Shown here piece after piece: positions 12,676-23,730 of a stretch of 64,000 nt of DNA. The DNA is from Podarcis gaigeae (lineage: Eukaryota). The translations under genes and the position numbers were made by a program. Below the pieces are notes generated by a model that saw nothing but the letters and a program-made list of their open reading frames with translations, was not told the DNA's origin and made no database searches. Positions within the stretch are counted from its first letter, which is position 1, and every line of letters begins with the position of its first letter. The stretch lies in the NCBI GenBank assembly GCA_964106915.2, contig OZ066916.1. One strand, written 5' to 3'.

Positions 12676-15600
12676 GTGCAAGAGGGAACATGCAATCCCT
12701 GGGTTTATTCCCATAACAACAAATCATGGTTTGGTGTTTCATGTGTTCCGATCCAATCTAATGTATTGCTATATTGTTAATATATTCATTGTGGGAGACA
12801 GCAGAAGTAGGAGGCATAAAACAATGTTTCTCTGAACTTTGGTTAGGTATAAAGGTTCTTCTTCCAATGCAAAGCAACATTTGGACTATAATTGCTAGCA
12901 TTTATAGCATTTACAATTGCTATAATTGCTAACATTTATCCAGCATGTTCAAGTGTTCAAAGCACACCACATATTAGAGTATCAACCATTCCAACAATTC
13001 TTAAGTCAATTTTAGAACCCCAGTTTTGGACATTGTATGGCTTGCCTAAGGCCACCTGCCTATTAAAAGCATAACAGAAAGAAAATTTGAAGAATGAACT
13101 TGGTGGCTCATAGCTTAATGTCTTGGTGACTGCAATACACTAGCTTCTTCCATGAAAAATGCAGGGCCATTCTCAGAACTGCACCAGCAATGTATATTAC
13201 TTTTGCTTCACTTCTGATTGCCTAATCCTATGACTTAAAAGGAGCTGCACAAGGACAGCAGCCTCAACATGTGCGAGGAGCTACAAAGGATCCCAAGACC
13301 ACCAGTGTACCTGCTTTTATTTTTAATAAAGAGGTTTACCTGACAAGTAGTTTCCAGAACCTTGATCATCCTGATTGCCCTCCTCCTCCAGCTTATCCTT
13401 CTTAAATTGTGGTACCCAGAATTGGACACAGTATTCCAAGTGTGGTCTGACCAAGGCAGAATAGAGTGGTACTATTACAGTGGTACCTCGGGTTACAAAT
13501 TGCTTCAGGTTACACACTCCACTAACCCAGAAATAGTGCTTCAGGTTAAGAACTTTGCTTCAAGATAAGAACAGAAATCGGGTACCAGCAGCACAGCAGC
13601 AGCAGGAGGCCCCATTAGCTAAAGTGGTGCTTCAGGTTAAGAACAGTTTCAGGTTAAGAACGGACCTCCAGAATAAATTAAGTACTTAACCGAGGTACTA
13701 CTGTACTTCCCTTGATCTGGATGCTATACTTCTGTTGATGCAGCCTAGAATAGCATTAGCTTTTTTTGCTGCTGCATTACACAGTTGACTCATGCTAAGC
13801 TTGTGATCCACCATTTGCTTAGTAGAAAATCCTATTAGGCTGCAGTGAAGCTTGGCCCCTCTCATTTTGAAATTCTTGATCTAGTAACAAAGACAGCAAC
13901 CCTTTGCCAGCAATCTGGCTTTCGCCTTTCATGGGCCTCCAGTCCCCAGTTTATGAAACAGAACAAGCCGGCCAGAATTAAGCAAGGTTCAGATGAGGTT
14001 AGCAGAATGCCCTTTCTTGGCCTTGGAACTACTGAACAATGACACTGCTCATGATCGCTAAAGTTGAGTCATGGCTGTATTACATTTGAGCAATCTTAAT
14101 CTTCCAGGAAAGAAAGCAATATGTGGGCAACAGACTTGGGCTTTTCCAATTAAGTGTTTTACACTAGCAAGAGAAAGAAGCATGGGATTAGGAATGCATT
14201 CCATTATAACTCCTGTTCTGCTTTGCTCACTTCTAGACGATTATGCCCAATTGTGCAACATTCCAGTGCCAGGATCTCGGAGGCCGTACGGGCAAGATGC
14301 ATTGACTGACTTTGAGGAGGAACAGTATACTCCGGAAACTGATCCATACTTTGTGGAAGACCGTAAGCAACCTTTGCTCCCCAAAACTAAACATTAGTAG
14401 CTTGGGTTCCTCCTGCTTATTCAATAAATAAATACAATGGTAATGCTAATAAACTTCTGTGTAGGTTTGAATGAGAAGCATAGAGGATGGAGCCCTCTCC
14501 TTTAAATCTCTGTGGTTTGAAGGATAAAGGTGGGCAGGGTGCCCAAAAGCCCTTTGTAAACATCCCTGCAGGAGGATATTTACAAAGGGCTCTTTCAAAG
14601 CCCCGTGCTTCACTTTGAAGTTTTGACAATCAGGGCTTCGAAGGGAAGCATCACAGGACATCACAATGAAATCAGGTGTTTGACAAGAGAGCCCCACACA
14701 CCTGTCAACCTTTGCCCACCAGGGATGGAGGAGTTAAAGATCTGCTCCTCCAGACAACAAAGGTTCCTCACCCTAGTGTAAAGGGAGGGGGTAGGAATTA
14801 GTAAGCTGGCAGAGGGGACACGGGGGGGGGGAGCTGTGGGTTAAACCACAGAGCCTAGGGCTTGCCGATCAGAAGGTCAGCGGTTCGAATCCCCACAACG
14901 GGGTGAGCTCCCGTTGCTCGGTCCCTGCTCCTGTCAACCTAGCAGTTCGAAAGCACATCAAAGTGCAAGTAGATAAATAGGTACCACTCCGGCGGGAAGG
15001 TAAACGGTGTTTCCGTGCGCTGCTCTGGTTCGCCAGAAGTGGCGTAGTCATGCTGGCCACATGACCCGGAAGCTGTACGCCAGCTCCCTCGGCCAATAAA
15101 GCGAGATGAGCGCCGCAACCCCAGAGTCGGTCACGACTGGACCTAATGGTCAGGGGTTTCTTTACCTAAGCTGGCAGAGTCAGGGGCAGGGAGGGTTGGC
15201 AAGCAAAGCAGAGTGAAGTGAGCAGGGGTAGCAGACTCTAGCTGACGCAGTAAAATATATTTGGGCTCCAAGGATCCTTATTCTGTATCGTTCCTCTGGG
15301 TAGATAGCACATGGCATGGTTCCTGCTTGATCCTCGGGAGTCTGTCGACACAGGCCTTCCGTGACGCAGTCCGTGTATGTGCACGCTGCGAATGTTCAGT
15401 ATCATGTGTGAATTAAGCAGTGGTTAATAAAGTGGCTATTCCAGCTGCGTTGTGCTTATCACTTCCCTGTTTCATTCGGTCTTTTTCCTGATAGTGTTTG
15501 GTTAAAATATATCGTATACCAAAAAGGGAAACAAAAGAAAAATAAATAACTCTGGGCAAGGCAAGAAAGTAGCAAAAGTGTTTCATATATTTCATTCCCT

Positions 15601-18600
15601 TCAGCAGAGGCCAGCCTAATGATTTCATCTCTGCTGAATGCCGAACAAACTCAGTTGACTTATGCAAAGTTGTATAAGGTCCAGCCATTTCCATTTCGTA
15701 TGACTTTAATTAAACAGAGCAGCTCTCTGAGCTGAACTATAGCTAAATGGTAACATTGTTTTAAAAAATTGCAAAACAGTGTGTACTGGAAACCATGGGA
15801 AGAAATGATGGCATAGTCACGGGAGCAAAAGGGGAAATGTTGGGCAACACCCCCCCCCCCATTATCTGCTGGTATTAGGTTGCTGTTTAAGTTGTAATGC
15901 TTTCCTTTAAGGTTTCCATTTGGATTGTGGGTTCATCTCAGTGTGTTAACCTCTGGATGGCATAGATCGGTGTTTCAACACAGGTTCCAGATTCAACCAC
16001 TGCCATCTCTGTTTTTTTAATCAGTAATAGGGATGAGGAAACAGACCCTTGCTTGAGACCCCAGAAGACCACTCCCAGTTGGAGTGGGTAGCAAGGGCTA
16101 GATAGACCCATGGCTCACCCTGAAGAGGGCAACTTCATACATCCAAGGCACAAATGAATATGAATGGGTCTTTCTTCAGTTAAACAATAAGCTCTTTGTT
16201 TAAAAGGGGAGGACTTCTGCATGCATTGTATATATTTTTTTAACATTTATTTATTTATAGCATTTTTACTTTGCCATACAACCAAAAAAACCATCCGACT
16301 CTCAGAGCAGCCTACATGCAATCAATTAAAGTAATTGTTTCATCCAAGGCACCATTTCTGAAGGTTCTCATGATGACCAGCTGGGATGGAAGCCATTCAG
16401 GGGCAGGAGGAGCCCTGTGGAACTAGTGGAGCTAATGGCCTCGTCATAGTGGAGAGAGGGAGGACCTCATGGAGAGAGTCCTTCAGCAGGACTGGATGAT
16501 TAGCTTTACCCAGTGGTAGTTCCTAAAGTGAAGATGGGCTGCAGCTTTCACATAAAAGATTCTTGCGTTTTGCCTCTAATTAATCTCAGTTTAGGCTTGC
16601 TGCTGCTTAGAATATAACAGAACCTTTATCTCTTAGACTAGTGGCAACTGAGGAATCTATATTGAGGGCATAACTATTTCCATGTATCCCAAATAACTTT
16701 GGCCTTCTTTTTCTAGCAGCACGAGTCCACCATTCTGTTCACCATACCCAAAGGAGTCCTGTGGGATGTATCCTGTGAGAGTACAGCACATAGGCATCAG
16801 GGTGTAGATGTGGAAAACTCACCACATGGCAACTGGCACTTGCTGAGATGCTTTGCACAGAAGTGCAGGCTTCTAGGGGTAGACTAGGACATGACACTTT
16901 CCATGGATGTTTGCTGTAGTTTCCTTAGATGAAAACACCTTTAGTCATATTCATGTACAGTGGGGCCTCGCAAGACGAAATTAATTCGTCCCGCAAGTCT
17001 TTTCGTCTTGCGAGTTTTTCCTCTTGCGAAGCACGGTTTCCCATAGGAATGCATTAAAAATCAATTAATGCGTTCCTATGGAAACCGCCTTCAGACCAGG
17101 TCCGGGGACAGTCTGTCCCCCGACCTCTTCTGAAGGCCGGCGGGGGGCAAAAGTCTTTGCTCCCCCCCCCCCGCCTGCCTTCAAAAGCCCTCCGGGACAG
17201 CGGAGAAACACGCTGCGTTTCTCCACTCTCCCGGGAAGGCAGGCAGGGGGGAGCAAAGACTTTTGCCCCCCGCCGGCCTTCAGAAGAGGTCCAGGACAGT
17301 CTGTCCCCCGACCTCTTCTGAAGGCCGGCGGGGGGCAAAAGTCTTTGCTCCCCCCCCCCGCCTGCCTTCAAAAGCCATCCGGGATAGCGGGAAGCGCTTC
17401 CCTGCTATCCCGGACTGCTTTTAAAACGCTGGCGGTGGGGAGCAAAGCCTTTCGGCCCCCGCCGGCCTTCTGGACCTCTTCTGAAGGCCGGGGGGGGGGG
17501 AAGGCTTTGCTCTCCACCCCTAGCATTTAAAAGAGGTCCCCGGAGATTTCCCTATGGGCTTTCTTCTTGCGAAGCCCCGTCTTGCGGGGCACCACTGTAT
17601 ACTTAAAAGGAATGGTGCATTCTCAGATATATTATTAATCGTTTATAGTACAGCAGAATGAAAACAGCCTTATATTTACTTCACTAATCTGCTGCATATT
17701 TCTATAATGGGTTTTGTTTACTTTTTCAAACTGCTGTATCTCAGGCTTATTGCCCAAAAAATATCTGTGGTTGTTTAATAAGATTGGGTCCACAGCTGCT
17801 TAGACCACATTTTGGGAAATAAAAGACTTCTCAAAAATTACCACTTTGTGGACTGCAAATTCCTCAGATGTTCTTTGTGCTTGACTGCCATCTGCAGGAC
17901 TGTTCAGTTATTGCTTCTGGGAAATGTCTATCCTTTTCATAAATTTTTAGGTTGTACCTACATATTATAAAGAAAATATGGTGCTGCAAAACCCCTGTTT
18001 CTCTTGTGGTGCCTTGGAACCGAAATTGACCTTGACCTTGAAGTGTGTCCCTATTTTAAAATTCAATTTATTTATTTACTTTTCTACTATGAGCTCCATG
18101 GAGTTCCTAATGAAGGCAGTCACGTCTTCTGCAAAACAGCAACAGCATCTTATTAATTGATTGGCACTTCAAACATTTGGACTAGTTTATCTCTGTATGC
18201 CCTGAGCATAACATCACAGCCTGTGACTTTGCTCTGGAAGCTTTTCAAGCACTCATTGTAGGCTGAGGAAGGCTTTATTTAGGGTGGTAACACAATAGAG
18301 AATGCCCTTTGGAGGTTGGTGCATTAAGACTACAGCTGTTGAATGCAATCATTTCCTATGTTTTTGCTGCCCAGGTTTCCGGAACAGCTTTGAGGAGTTA
18401 CAGGCAGAAGAATGTGGCATTCTGAATGGATGTGAAAATGGACGCTGCGTGAGGGTGCAGGAAGGATATACCTGTGACTGTTTTGATGGTTACCATTTGG
18501 ACATGGCCAAAATGACATGTGTTGGTAAGTGGATGTCACATACAGGCCACTTGCAGAGTCCGCCAAATGTAGAGGATAAGCCGGCACCTCTGATTTTCAT

Positions 18601-19945
18601 GATCAGATGTGTTTTCGTGTTTAAGGCTTTCTGAATCCTACAGTTCAGCGGCACATTCCGCTGGGAAGTTCTCCTGCATGTGCCCCATGGAAATGAGTGG
18701 GAGCTGTGAAAGAGATGAGCGATGGTGCAGCTCCTCTTGCGTTTCACTGGGACTTGCACTCAAGAGCTTCTTGGTGGATTGTGCCCTAAATGCAAGGGCA
18801 GCCTGCACTAAATTCCTGCATGGTTCACATGACTAGCAGAAGAGGTGAAACAATCAGGGCAGAATGTGCAGCCCACATAGTTGACTTCCCTTAGTGACTG
18901 TAAGAATTTACTAGAAAGAAGGTACCTGCCTCTTCCTACACTCCTAGGAGTGAAACAGGTAGTGCCTAAGCAGGCATGCATAAAATAGTGGCCAGCCAGG
19001 CCCCCTATTCACTGTCTAATCAGTAAAATTTACCTGCCACAAGTGCTGCTGCATATGTATGTACACATGCTGTAACCTTAGGCTGTTTGTGGACAAATTA
19101 GGGTCATTTTAATTATGTTCAACTTACATGGCAGGTAGGACACAGGAGGCACTGTGGTCTAAACCACTGAGCCTAGGGCTTGCCAATAGGAAGGTCGGCG
19201 GTTCGAATCCCCACGACTGGGTGAGCTCCCATTGCTCGGTCCCAGCTCCTGCCAACCTAGCAGTTCAAAAGCATGCCAAAAGTGCAAGTAGATAAATAGG
19301 GACCGCTCCGGTAGGAAAGTAAATGGCGTTTCCGTGCGCTGCTCTGGTTTCATCAGAAGCGGCTTAGTCATGCTGGCCACATGACCCGAGAAAACTGTCT
19401 GCAGACCAACGCCGGCTCCCTCGGCCAGTGAAGTGAGATGAGTGCCACAACCCCAGAGTCGTTCACGACTGGACTTAACTGTTAGGGGTCCTTTACTTTT
19501 ACCTTTTTACATGACAGGTAAAGTTTTACTTGTGTATTTGTCCTGTGTTTGAACACTATTACCTTGCATTGATGGAAAGACGATGTCATGCACATAAACG
19601 TAGCCGCTTTTCTTGCTCAAGATAGAAGACCGCAGACTGGACACTGAAAGTTCTCTTGTTAATCGCAGACTTGAATGCAGGGCTGGTGGGCAAGTCACAG
19701 CAAACTGTGCTTCCCTCAGTCTTTGACAGCATCTAATGCCACACTATTTCTCACCTTGTTTGCTTTTCCTTCTAGATGTGAATGAATGCAATGAACTGAA
19801 CAATAGGATGTCTCTCTGCAAGAATGCCAAGTGCATAAACACAGAAGGATCGTACAAGTGTTTGTGTCTCCCAGGCTATGTCCCATCAGACCAAGCCAAT
19901 TACTGCACACCCCTGAACTCGGACACAGAGAGTGAACTGGAGTAA
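509..19945 (+). CDS. LTBP1: LTBP1 3' portion, spliced: join(509..679,14237..14362,18375..18524,19776..19945); final TB/8-Cys domain, linker, EGF and cbEGF domains, stop
   Basis: Spliced translation [67 protein letters not shown]...[107 protein letters not shown] matches the recalled LTBP1 C-terminus; all introns GT-AG, phase 1. Confidence 0.97.
980..1158. mobile_element. Palindromic MITE-like repeat
   Basis: Ends ctgca..cacca.gcatttaaagcacat / atgtgctttgaatgtatggtg..tgcag; related copies at about 25695-25800 and 56878-57046. Confidence 0.55.
1858..2072. mobile_element. Tc1/mariner-type (Tigger/pogo-like) MITE, family A
   Basis: TA|CAGTGGTACCTCGGGTTA ... TAACCCGAGGTACCGCTG|TA terminal inverted repeats with TA duplication. 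Confidence 0.9.
3570..4057 (-). mobile_element. Degenerate L2 LINE reverse-transcriptase fragment
   Basis: Translations [25 protein letters not shown]...NTQL and [16 protein letters not shown] resemble L2 RT motifs [27 protein letters not shown]. Confidence 0.8.
4259..4805 (-). mobile_element. Short BovB-derived (Bov-A-like) element, about 130 bp, interrupted by a solo LTR
   Basis: Minus strand reads ggcaagccactccagtattcctgccaagaaaactccatggacag + aagacaggagtgcctggc...gtcggacacgac..taaacgacaacaac; 12-bp TSD tt(g/a)agactcctt at 4247-4258 and 4806-4817. Confidence 0.85.
4280..4691. mobile_element. Solo LTR (412 bp) of an LTR retrotransposon, possibly Gypsy-like
   Basis: TGT...ACA termini, perfect 5-bp TSD GTCGT at 4275-4279 and 4692-4696; its removal restores the BovB tail; CpG-rich. 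Confidence 0.85.
6856..6900. repeat. (AAT)15 microsatellite
   Basis: Direct read. Confidence 0.98.
8034..8378 (-). mobile_element. Sauria SINE, near full length
   Basis: tRNA-like head and ACCTT tail on minus strand; 13-bp TSD AACTAGTTCCTTA at 8021-8033 and 8379-8391. Confidence 0.95.
9532..9557. repeat. (TG)n microsatellite
   Basis: Direct read. Confidence 0.95.
10644..10986 (+). mobile_element. Sauria SINE, full length
   Basis: Head ggtggcgctgtggtctaaaccacagagcc...ggttcaaatccc, tail ggggtccctttaccttt. Confidence 0.95.
12086..12311. mobile_element. Tc1/mariner-type MITE, family A
   Basis: TA|CAGTGGTACCTC ... GAGGTACCACTG|TA. Confidence 0.9.
12619..12672. repeat. (CA)n microsatellite
   Basis: Direct read. 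Confidence 0.95.
13350..13812 (-). mobile_element. CR1 LINE ORF2 3' fragment, interrupted by a MITE
   Basis: Minus translation [24 protein letters not shown]|[20 protein letters not shown], a typical CR1 ORF2 C-terminal region. Confidence 0.9.
13478..13703. mobile_element. Tc1/mariner-type MITE, family A (inverted relative to the 12086 copy), nested in CR1
   Basis: TA|CAGTGGTACCTC ... GAGGTACTACTG|TA. Confidence 0.9.
14237..14362 (+). CDS. LTBP1: LTBP1 coding exon (end of TB domain plus acidic linker), 126 nt
   Basis: ttctag|AC ... GACC|gtaagc; [41 protein letters not shown] inside ORF 14071..14397. Confidence 0.96.
14815..15166 (+). mobile_element. Sauria SINE, full length
   Basis: 13-bp TSD TAAGCTGGCAGAG at 14802-14814 and 15167-15179; B-box ggttcgaatcc. 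Confidence 0.95.
16958..17597. mobile_element. GC-rich non-autonomous Tc1/mariner-type (Tigger-like) element, family B
   Basis: TA|CAGTGGGGCCTCGCAAGACG ... CGTCTTGCGGGGCACCACTG|TA; internal repeated hairpin modules. Confidence 0.88.
18375..18524 (+). CDS. LTBP1: LTBP1 penultimate coding exon (EGF-like), 150 nt
   Basis: gcccag|GT ... GTTG|gtaagt; [49 protein letters not shown]. Confidence 0.97.
19138..19506 (+). mobile_element. Sauria SINE, full length
   Basis: 14-bp TSD TTACATG(G/A)CAGGTA at 19124-19137 and 19507-19520. Confidence 0.95.
19776..19945 (+). CDS. LTBP1: LTBP1 terminal coding exon (cbEGF plus stop)
   Basis: tttccttctag|AT; DVNEC...[16 protein letters not shown] cbEGF consensus; TAA at 19943-19945. 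Confidence 0.97.
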
Positions 19946-20790
19946 GAGAAGCAGCAGCTGCCGTGTAACTTTAAGCCCATACACTCTGCACTGTAAAAAG
20001 AAAAGAAAAGAAGCGTATTTAACTTGAGTTAAGGACGCTACTCATCCAGATGTTGGCTGTGTGTGGAAAACAAGCAATAAAACGTGTCTTCTTAAAAGTG
20101 AAAGGTGATGGTTCAATATACATCATCTTCACTAAAGCAACAGACCAATTGGACACATTTCTCTGTATGGAAGAAGCAATTAAGTATATAGTGTGTTCAT
20201 AAATAAAATTCACAGAAAAAAGCAAAATATGCTGTTATTTTGAACAGAAGGGTGGTATTGTGTTGTTGTTTTTTACTATTGCTTGGTTTATTTGGCATTT
20301 AACTAGTTGTGAAAATATTTTATAGTCCTTTTTTTATTTAGCAGTTCTTTGCCTACTGTTCCTTTGGAAGCTTTCCCCTTTTGATCCAGTATTGCAATAT
20401 AAGCAATTTTCTAATGGTTATACACAAAATAATGCTCGTCTTTGTCTGGAACATTGGCCAGTGACTTTTTAAAATTACTATAAATGTCTGCCCTGTGGAG
20501 CAGACACTGTTTTTTTAAAAAAATAATGTACACTTCATGGAGATAAATCCATTGTATTCATTTTGTATTCCATGTGGCCTTTTACTGCACTTAACATGCC
20601 TTAGAACCTGCCTTGCCAAGTTTCAAAGCTGCTAGAGGACGACCATTGAATATCTTTTGTACTCTGTAACAAAAGATCTAAGCTCCTGTTTGTATTGTAA
20701 TGTGTAAATTAAACACAGATCTTGTATTGGTTACCCTAACATATTAAAGCTGTATATTAAAACTCAATAAAATCTACAATTTTTTAGAAA
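19946..20790 (+). other. LTBP1: LTBP1 3'UTR (approximate end)
   Basis: AT-rich stretch with no recognised transposon after the stop, ending at AATAAA 20766-20771. Confidence 0.7.
20766..20771 (+). terminator. Likely LTBP1 polyadenylation signal
   Basis: AATAAA preceded by several TGTA motifs (about 20660-20755) and followed by a GT/T-rich downstream element (tatgtgtttg...ggttttctgtt). Confidence 0.65.
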
Positions 20791-22459
20791 AATTGAAGTA
20801 TGTGTTTGCTCTAAGGTTTTCTGTTATTGCTTTGTGATTATTTTATTACTGCTAATAACCCAGTGCTTTATAATGAAAATACCTGAGCTACTGTTCTTGA
20901 CAGCATTTTTTTATTTTTGGAGCATGACATTTCCCTGACCATGGCAATTGTTGCTACCATGTAGATCTCTTTAGATATATTCATAAATATATCTGGTTCA
21001 TTCTCCATAAGGAAAGCATGCCATTTTGCAGACCACTGCAAATTTCATCCACGACAGATAGACAGTTTTGTGTAAAATTTCATTTTATCCTTCTAGCCAC
21101 TAAATCAGAGGAGCAGAGAGCCATTTTTTCCACATGGGCAGCTGAGGAACTCAAGCGGAAATGGCTGTATCAACCTCTCAAGATATGTTTAGATTTCACA
21201 AGCACCTTGGACATAGGTTGGAAATCCTCCACCAATATAAAGAAGCAACAGTTTTTATAAGTCAGCAAGTTGGGGGAGAAAACTATAAAAACATATGTTC
21301 AGAACAGTTCATTAAAAATGTTTCTGGTCCTTTATTTCATTTCATTTCATTTCCAAAGACCAATTTAAAGTATTGGCGGGGGTTAGCTATAATGGAATTC
21401 TGCAACAGGTTGTATTTGTGTCTTTCTGTCTGTCTCAGGAGACACTCTCAGGAGTGCGCTTTCGGGGAGTGAAGTCAACCTGTTGGAGAACGTTTCTGCC
21501 ATCCCTCTGTAAGCCCTTTCTTTGTACTGATTGTTATATAATGAAGGCCAGAGGATCCAGAACTTTCTCCCCATTCGTGGCTCCAGTTTTTCATGGGGGG
21601 TGGGGTGGGCACAGAGATAGCCTCAACACTAGCCAGCTGGAAGGGAGATATAATGTGAAAAACACAGCCCTGAGACAGCACATAGAACTGGGTTGATTAA
21701 TTTTCCAGGTGTAGCTGTTTTAGTGTTGTGGAAAGGACTTTGGAAAGTGCAACCACTACAGTCGTGTTGTCTTTGAGGTTGCCCATCAGCCTGCCCCAGC
21801 CCTGTAAACTGAGGCGTGAAATGCCCATTGACTTGCATTAGCTCCTGTGCTAGTCAGGATAGTTTAAATATCAACTTTCGTTAACTATCTAAAAATATAT
21901 GATGCTTTACAGTACAGAGCAGGCTCCTGCTTAAGGAGCTTACAACCAAAGCTATAGCACAGAGAAGACTAGCGGAAGGGGTAAATGGAAGGTCCACAAG
22001 GTGGACCCCAAAATGGCGACTCCCTCCCTGCCAGGGATGAAGGAAGATCTACATCAGGAACAAGGGGGGGGGGAGAAATATTTTTTATTGGGATCTGCTG
22101 CCCCCAGTGAACCCTTTCTCCTCAGGCAGTCATCTCACCTCATGGGTTGGCCAGCCCCAAATAAAGATCTACATTGCAATCTGCTACCCCTGTGGCTTCT
22201 GTTGCCCGAGGCAGTCACCTCAGCTTGCTTCATGGATGGGTAGCAGTAGAGATGGTGTCTCTTGTACCCAAGATACTTTTTACAAACTGTAAATACCTGT
22301 TCTTATCTAAAATTATCCCAAAATATTAGTGTTTTCATCTGTTGTGCTGCAATGTTATAAGTGAGATTAGTTGGTGCAACATCACTCATGCCCCAAACAT
22401 AAAATATACAGCAAATTAAAGTCTGAAATTAGACCGCTTGAGCATTCTTGCAATAAATC

Positions 22460-22596
22460 CAGCGTGCGGAACCTTTGCCCCTCCAGATGTCTCTGAACTG
22501 CAACTTCCATCAGCCCCAACAAGTGTGGACAATGGCCAGAGATGGTGGGAGTTGTAGTTCAGAAACATCTGGAGGGCCAAAGGTTCTCTACACTGG
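22460..22596. mobile_element. Short hAT-type palindromic MITE
   Basis: cctttgcccctccagatgt ... acatctggagggccaaagg inverted arms; same family as 25850-25985; degraded copies at about 2092-2230, 2778-2912 and 49130-49260. Confidence 0.75.
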
Positions 22597-22947
22597 GTAT
22601 AAATGAAAGGGGAATGGAAAAAGTCAGGGGTCAGCAAAATACTAGACGGTTCAGTGTACTTTCATACATTGCCTTTAGGTGTCACTGGATGACTTGCATT
22701 TCTGACATACACAATTTTAGAATAATAGGTGCTATCAAGTAGATAGCATTAAATGACACACTCTCTCTCCAGGAAGTGCAGAACATGGTTTCCTGACTCC
22801 TTGCCAAGTCAAGCATGAAAGATATATTAGACCTGGCAGCAGTACATCTGCAAATGCACCTACTCCTTTATGAACCTTCCCTCAGACCTCAAAACGAGCA
22901 ACTATTGACTGGAGGCTCCTATTGTCAATGGGAACTGGAATTATGTA

Positions 22948-23163
22948 CAGTCGTACCTCGGGTCAAATATGCTTCAGGTTGAGTGTTTTCAAGTTACTTC
23001 CGGGTTTCGCCACTCATGCATGCGCAGATGCTCAAAATGATGTCACACGCATGCGCAGAAGCGGCAAAACACAACCCACGCACGCGCAGACACGTGTTAC
23101 ATTCTACTCAGGATGCAAATGGGGCTCCAGAATGGATCCCGTTCGCATCCAGAGGTACCACTG
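22948..23163. mobile_element. Tc1/mariner-type MITE, distinct subfamily
   Basis: TA|CAGTCGTACCTC ... GAGGTACCACTG|TA with internal gcatgcgcaga repeats. Confidence 0.85.
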
Positions 23164-23379
23164 TATAGGCAAGAATTGTGCCATATAGCCAGGACCCAAC
23201 TTGTGATTGACCAAATTCTTGGACCCGAGAAGAAAATATCTGTAACGATCCCAGATGTGTCAATGTGGCAACAGGAAGCCAGATTTCCCCAGAGCATGGA
23301 ACACTACATCTCCAGGTGGAGTCAGAACTGGCGGTGATAGACTAGGAACAAGACCTTGGAAATGTAGTAAACAGCTTGA

Positions 23380-23730
23380 TGAACATTGCAACCTAGTGTG
23401 TGGCAGCCATGAAAAATCCATGCTAGGAAACATGAGGAGAGGAATTTAAAAGAAAACTGTCAGTATCTGAATGCCATTATGCAAATCTATGGTGCGGCCA
23501 CATTTGGACTACTGTGTACAAGTTCTGGTTGCCTCATCTCAAAAAAGAGATTGTAGAGTTAGCAAAGGTTCAGAAAATGGCAACTAAAATGATCAAGAGG
23601 AAGGAGGTAGCATTATAGAAGTTTATAAAATTATGCATGGGGTGGAGAAAGCCAACAGAGAAAAGTTTTTCTCTCTCTCTCTCATAACACCAGAACTCCT
23701 GAACATCCGATGAAGCTGAACATTGAGAGA
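23380..23730 (+). mobile_element. Degenerate CR1 LINE 3' fragment
   Basis: aaatctatggtgcggccacatttggactactgtgtaca (KSMVRPHLDYCVQ) and gtttataaaattatgcatgg motifs. Confidence 0.8.

Noticed and set aside
17054-17530. Overlapping 63-150 aa ORFs ([10 protein letters not shown]...), repeated at 32446-32689
   Set aside because: GC-rich repetitive interior of a non-autonomous transposon; open on both strands with no transposase motifs.
19915-19945. LTBP1 C-terminal tail appears about 4 residues shorter than the recalled human tail
   Set aside because: Unstructured tail after the last cysteine, comparison from memory only; likely neutral.
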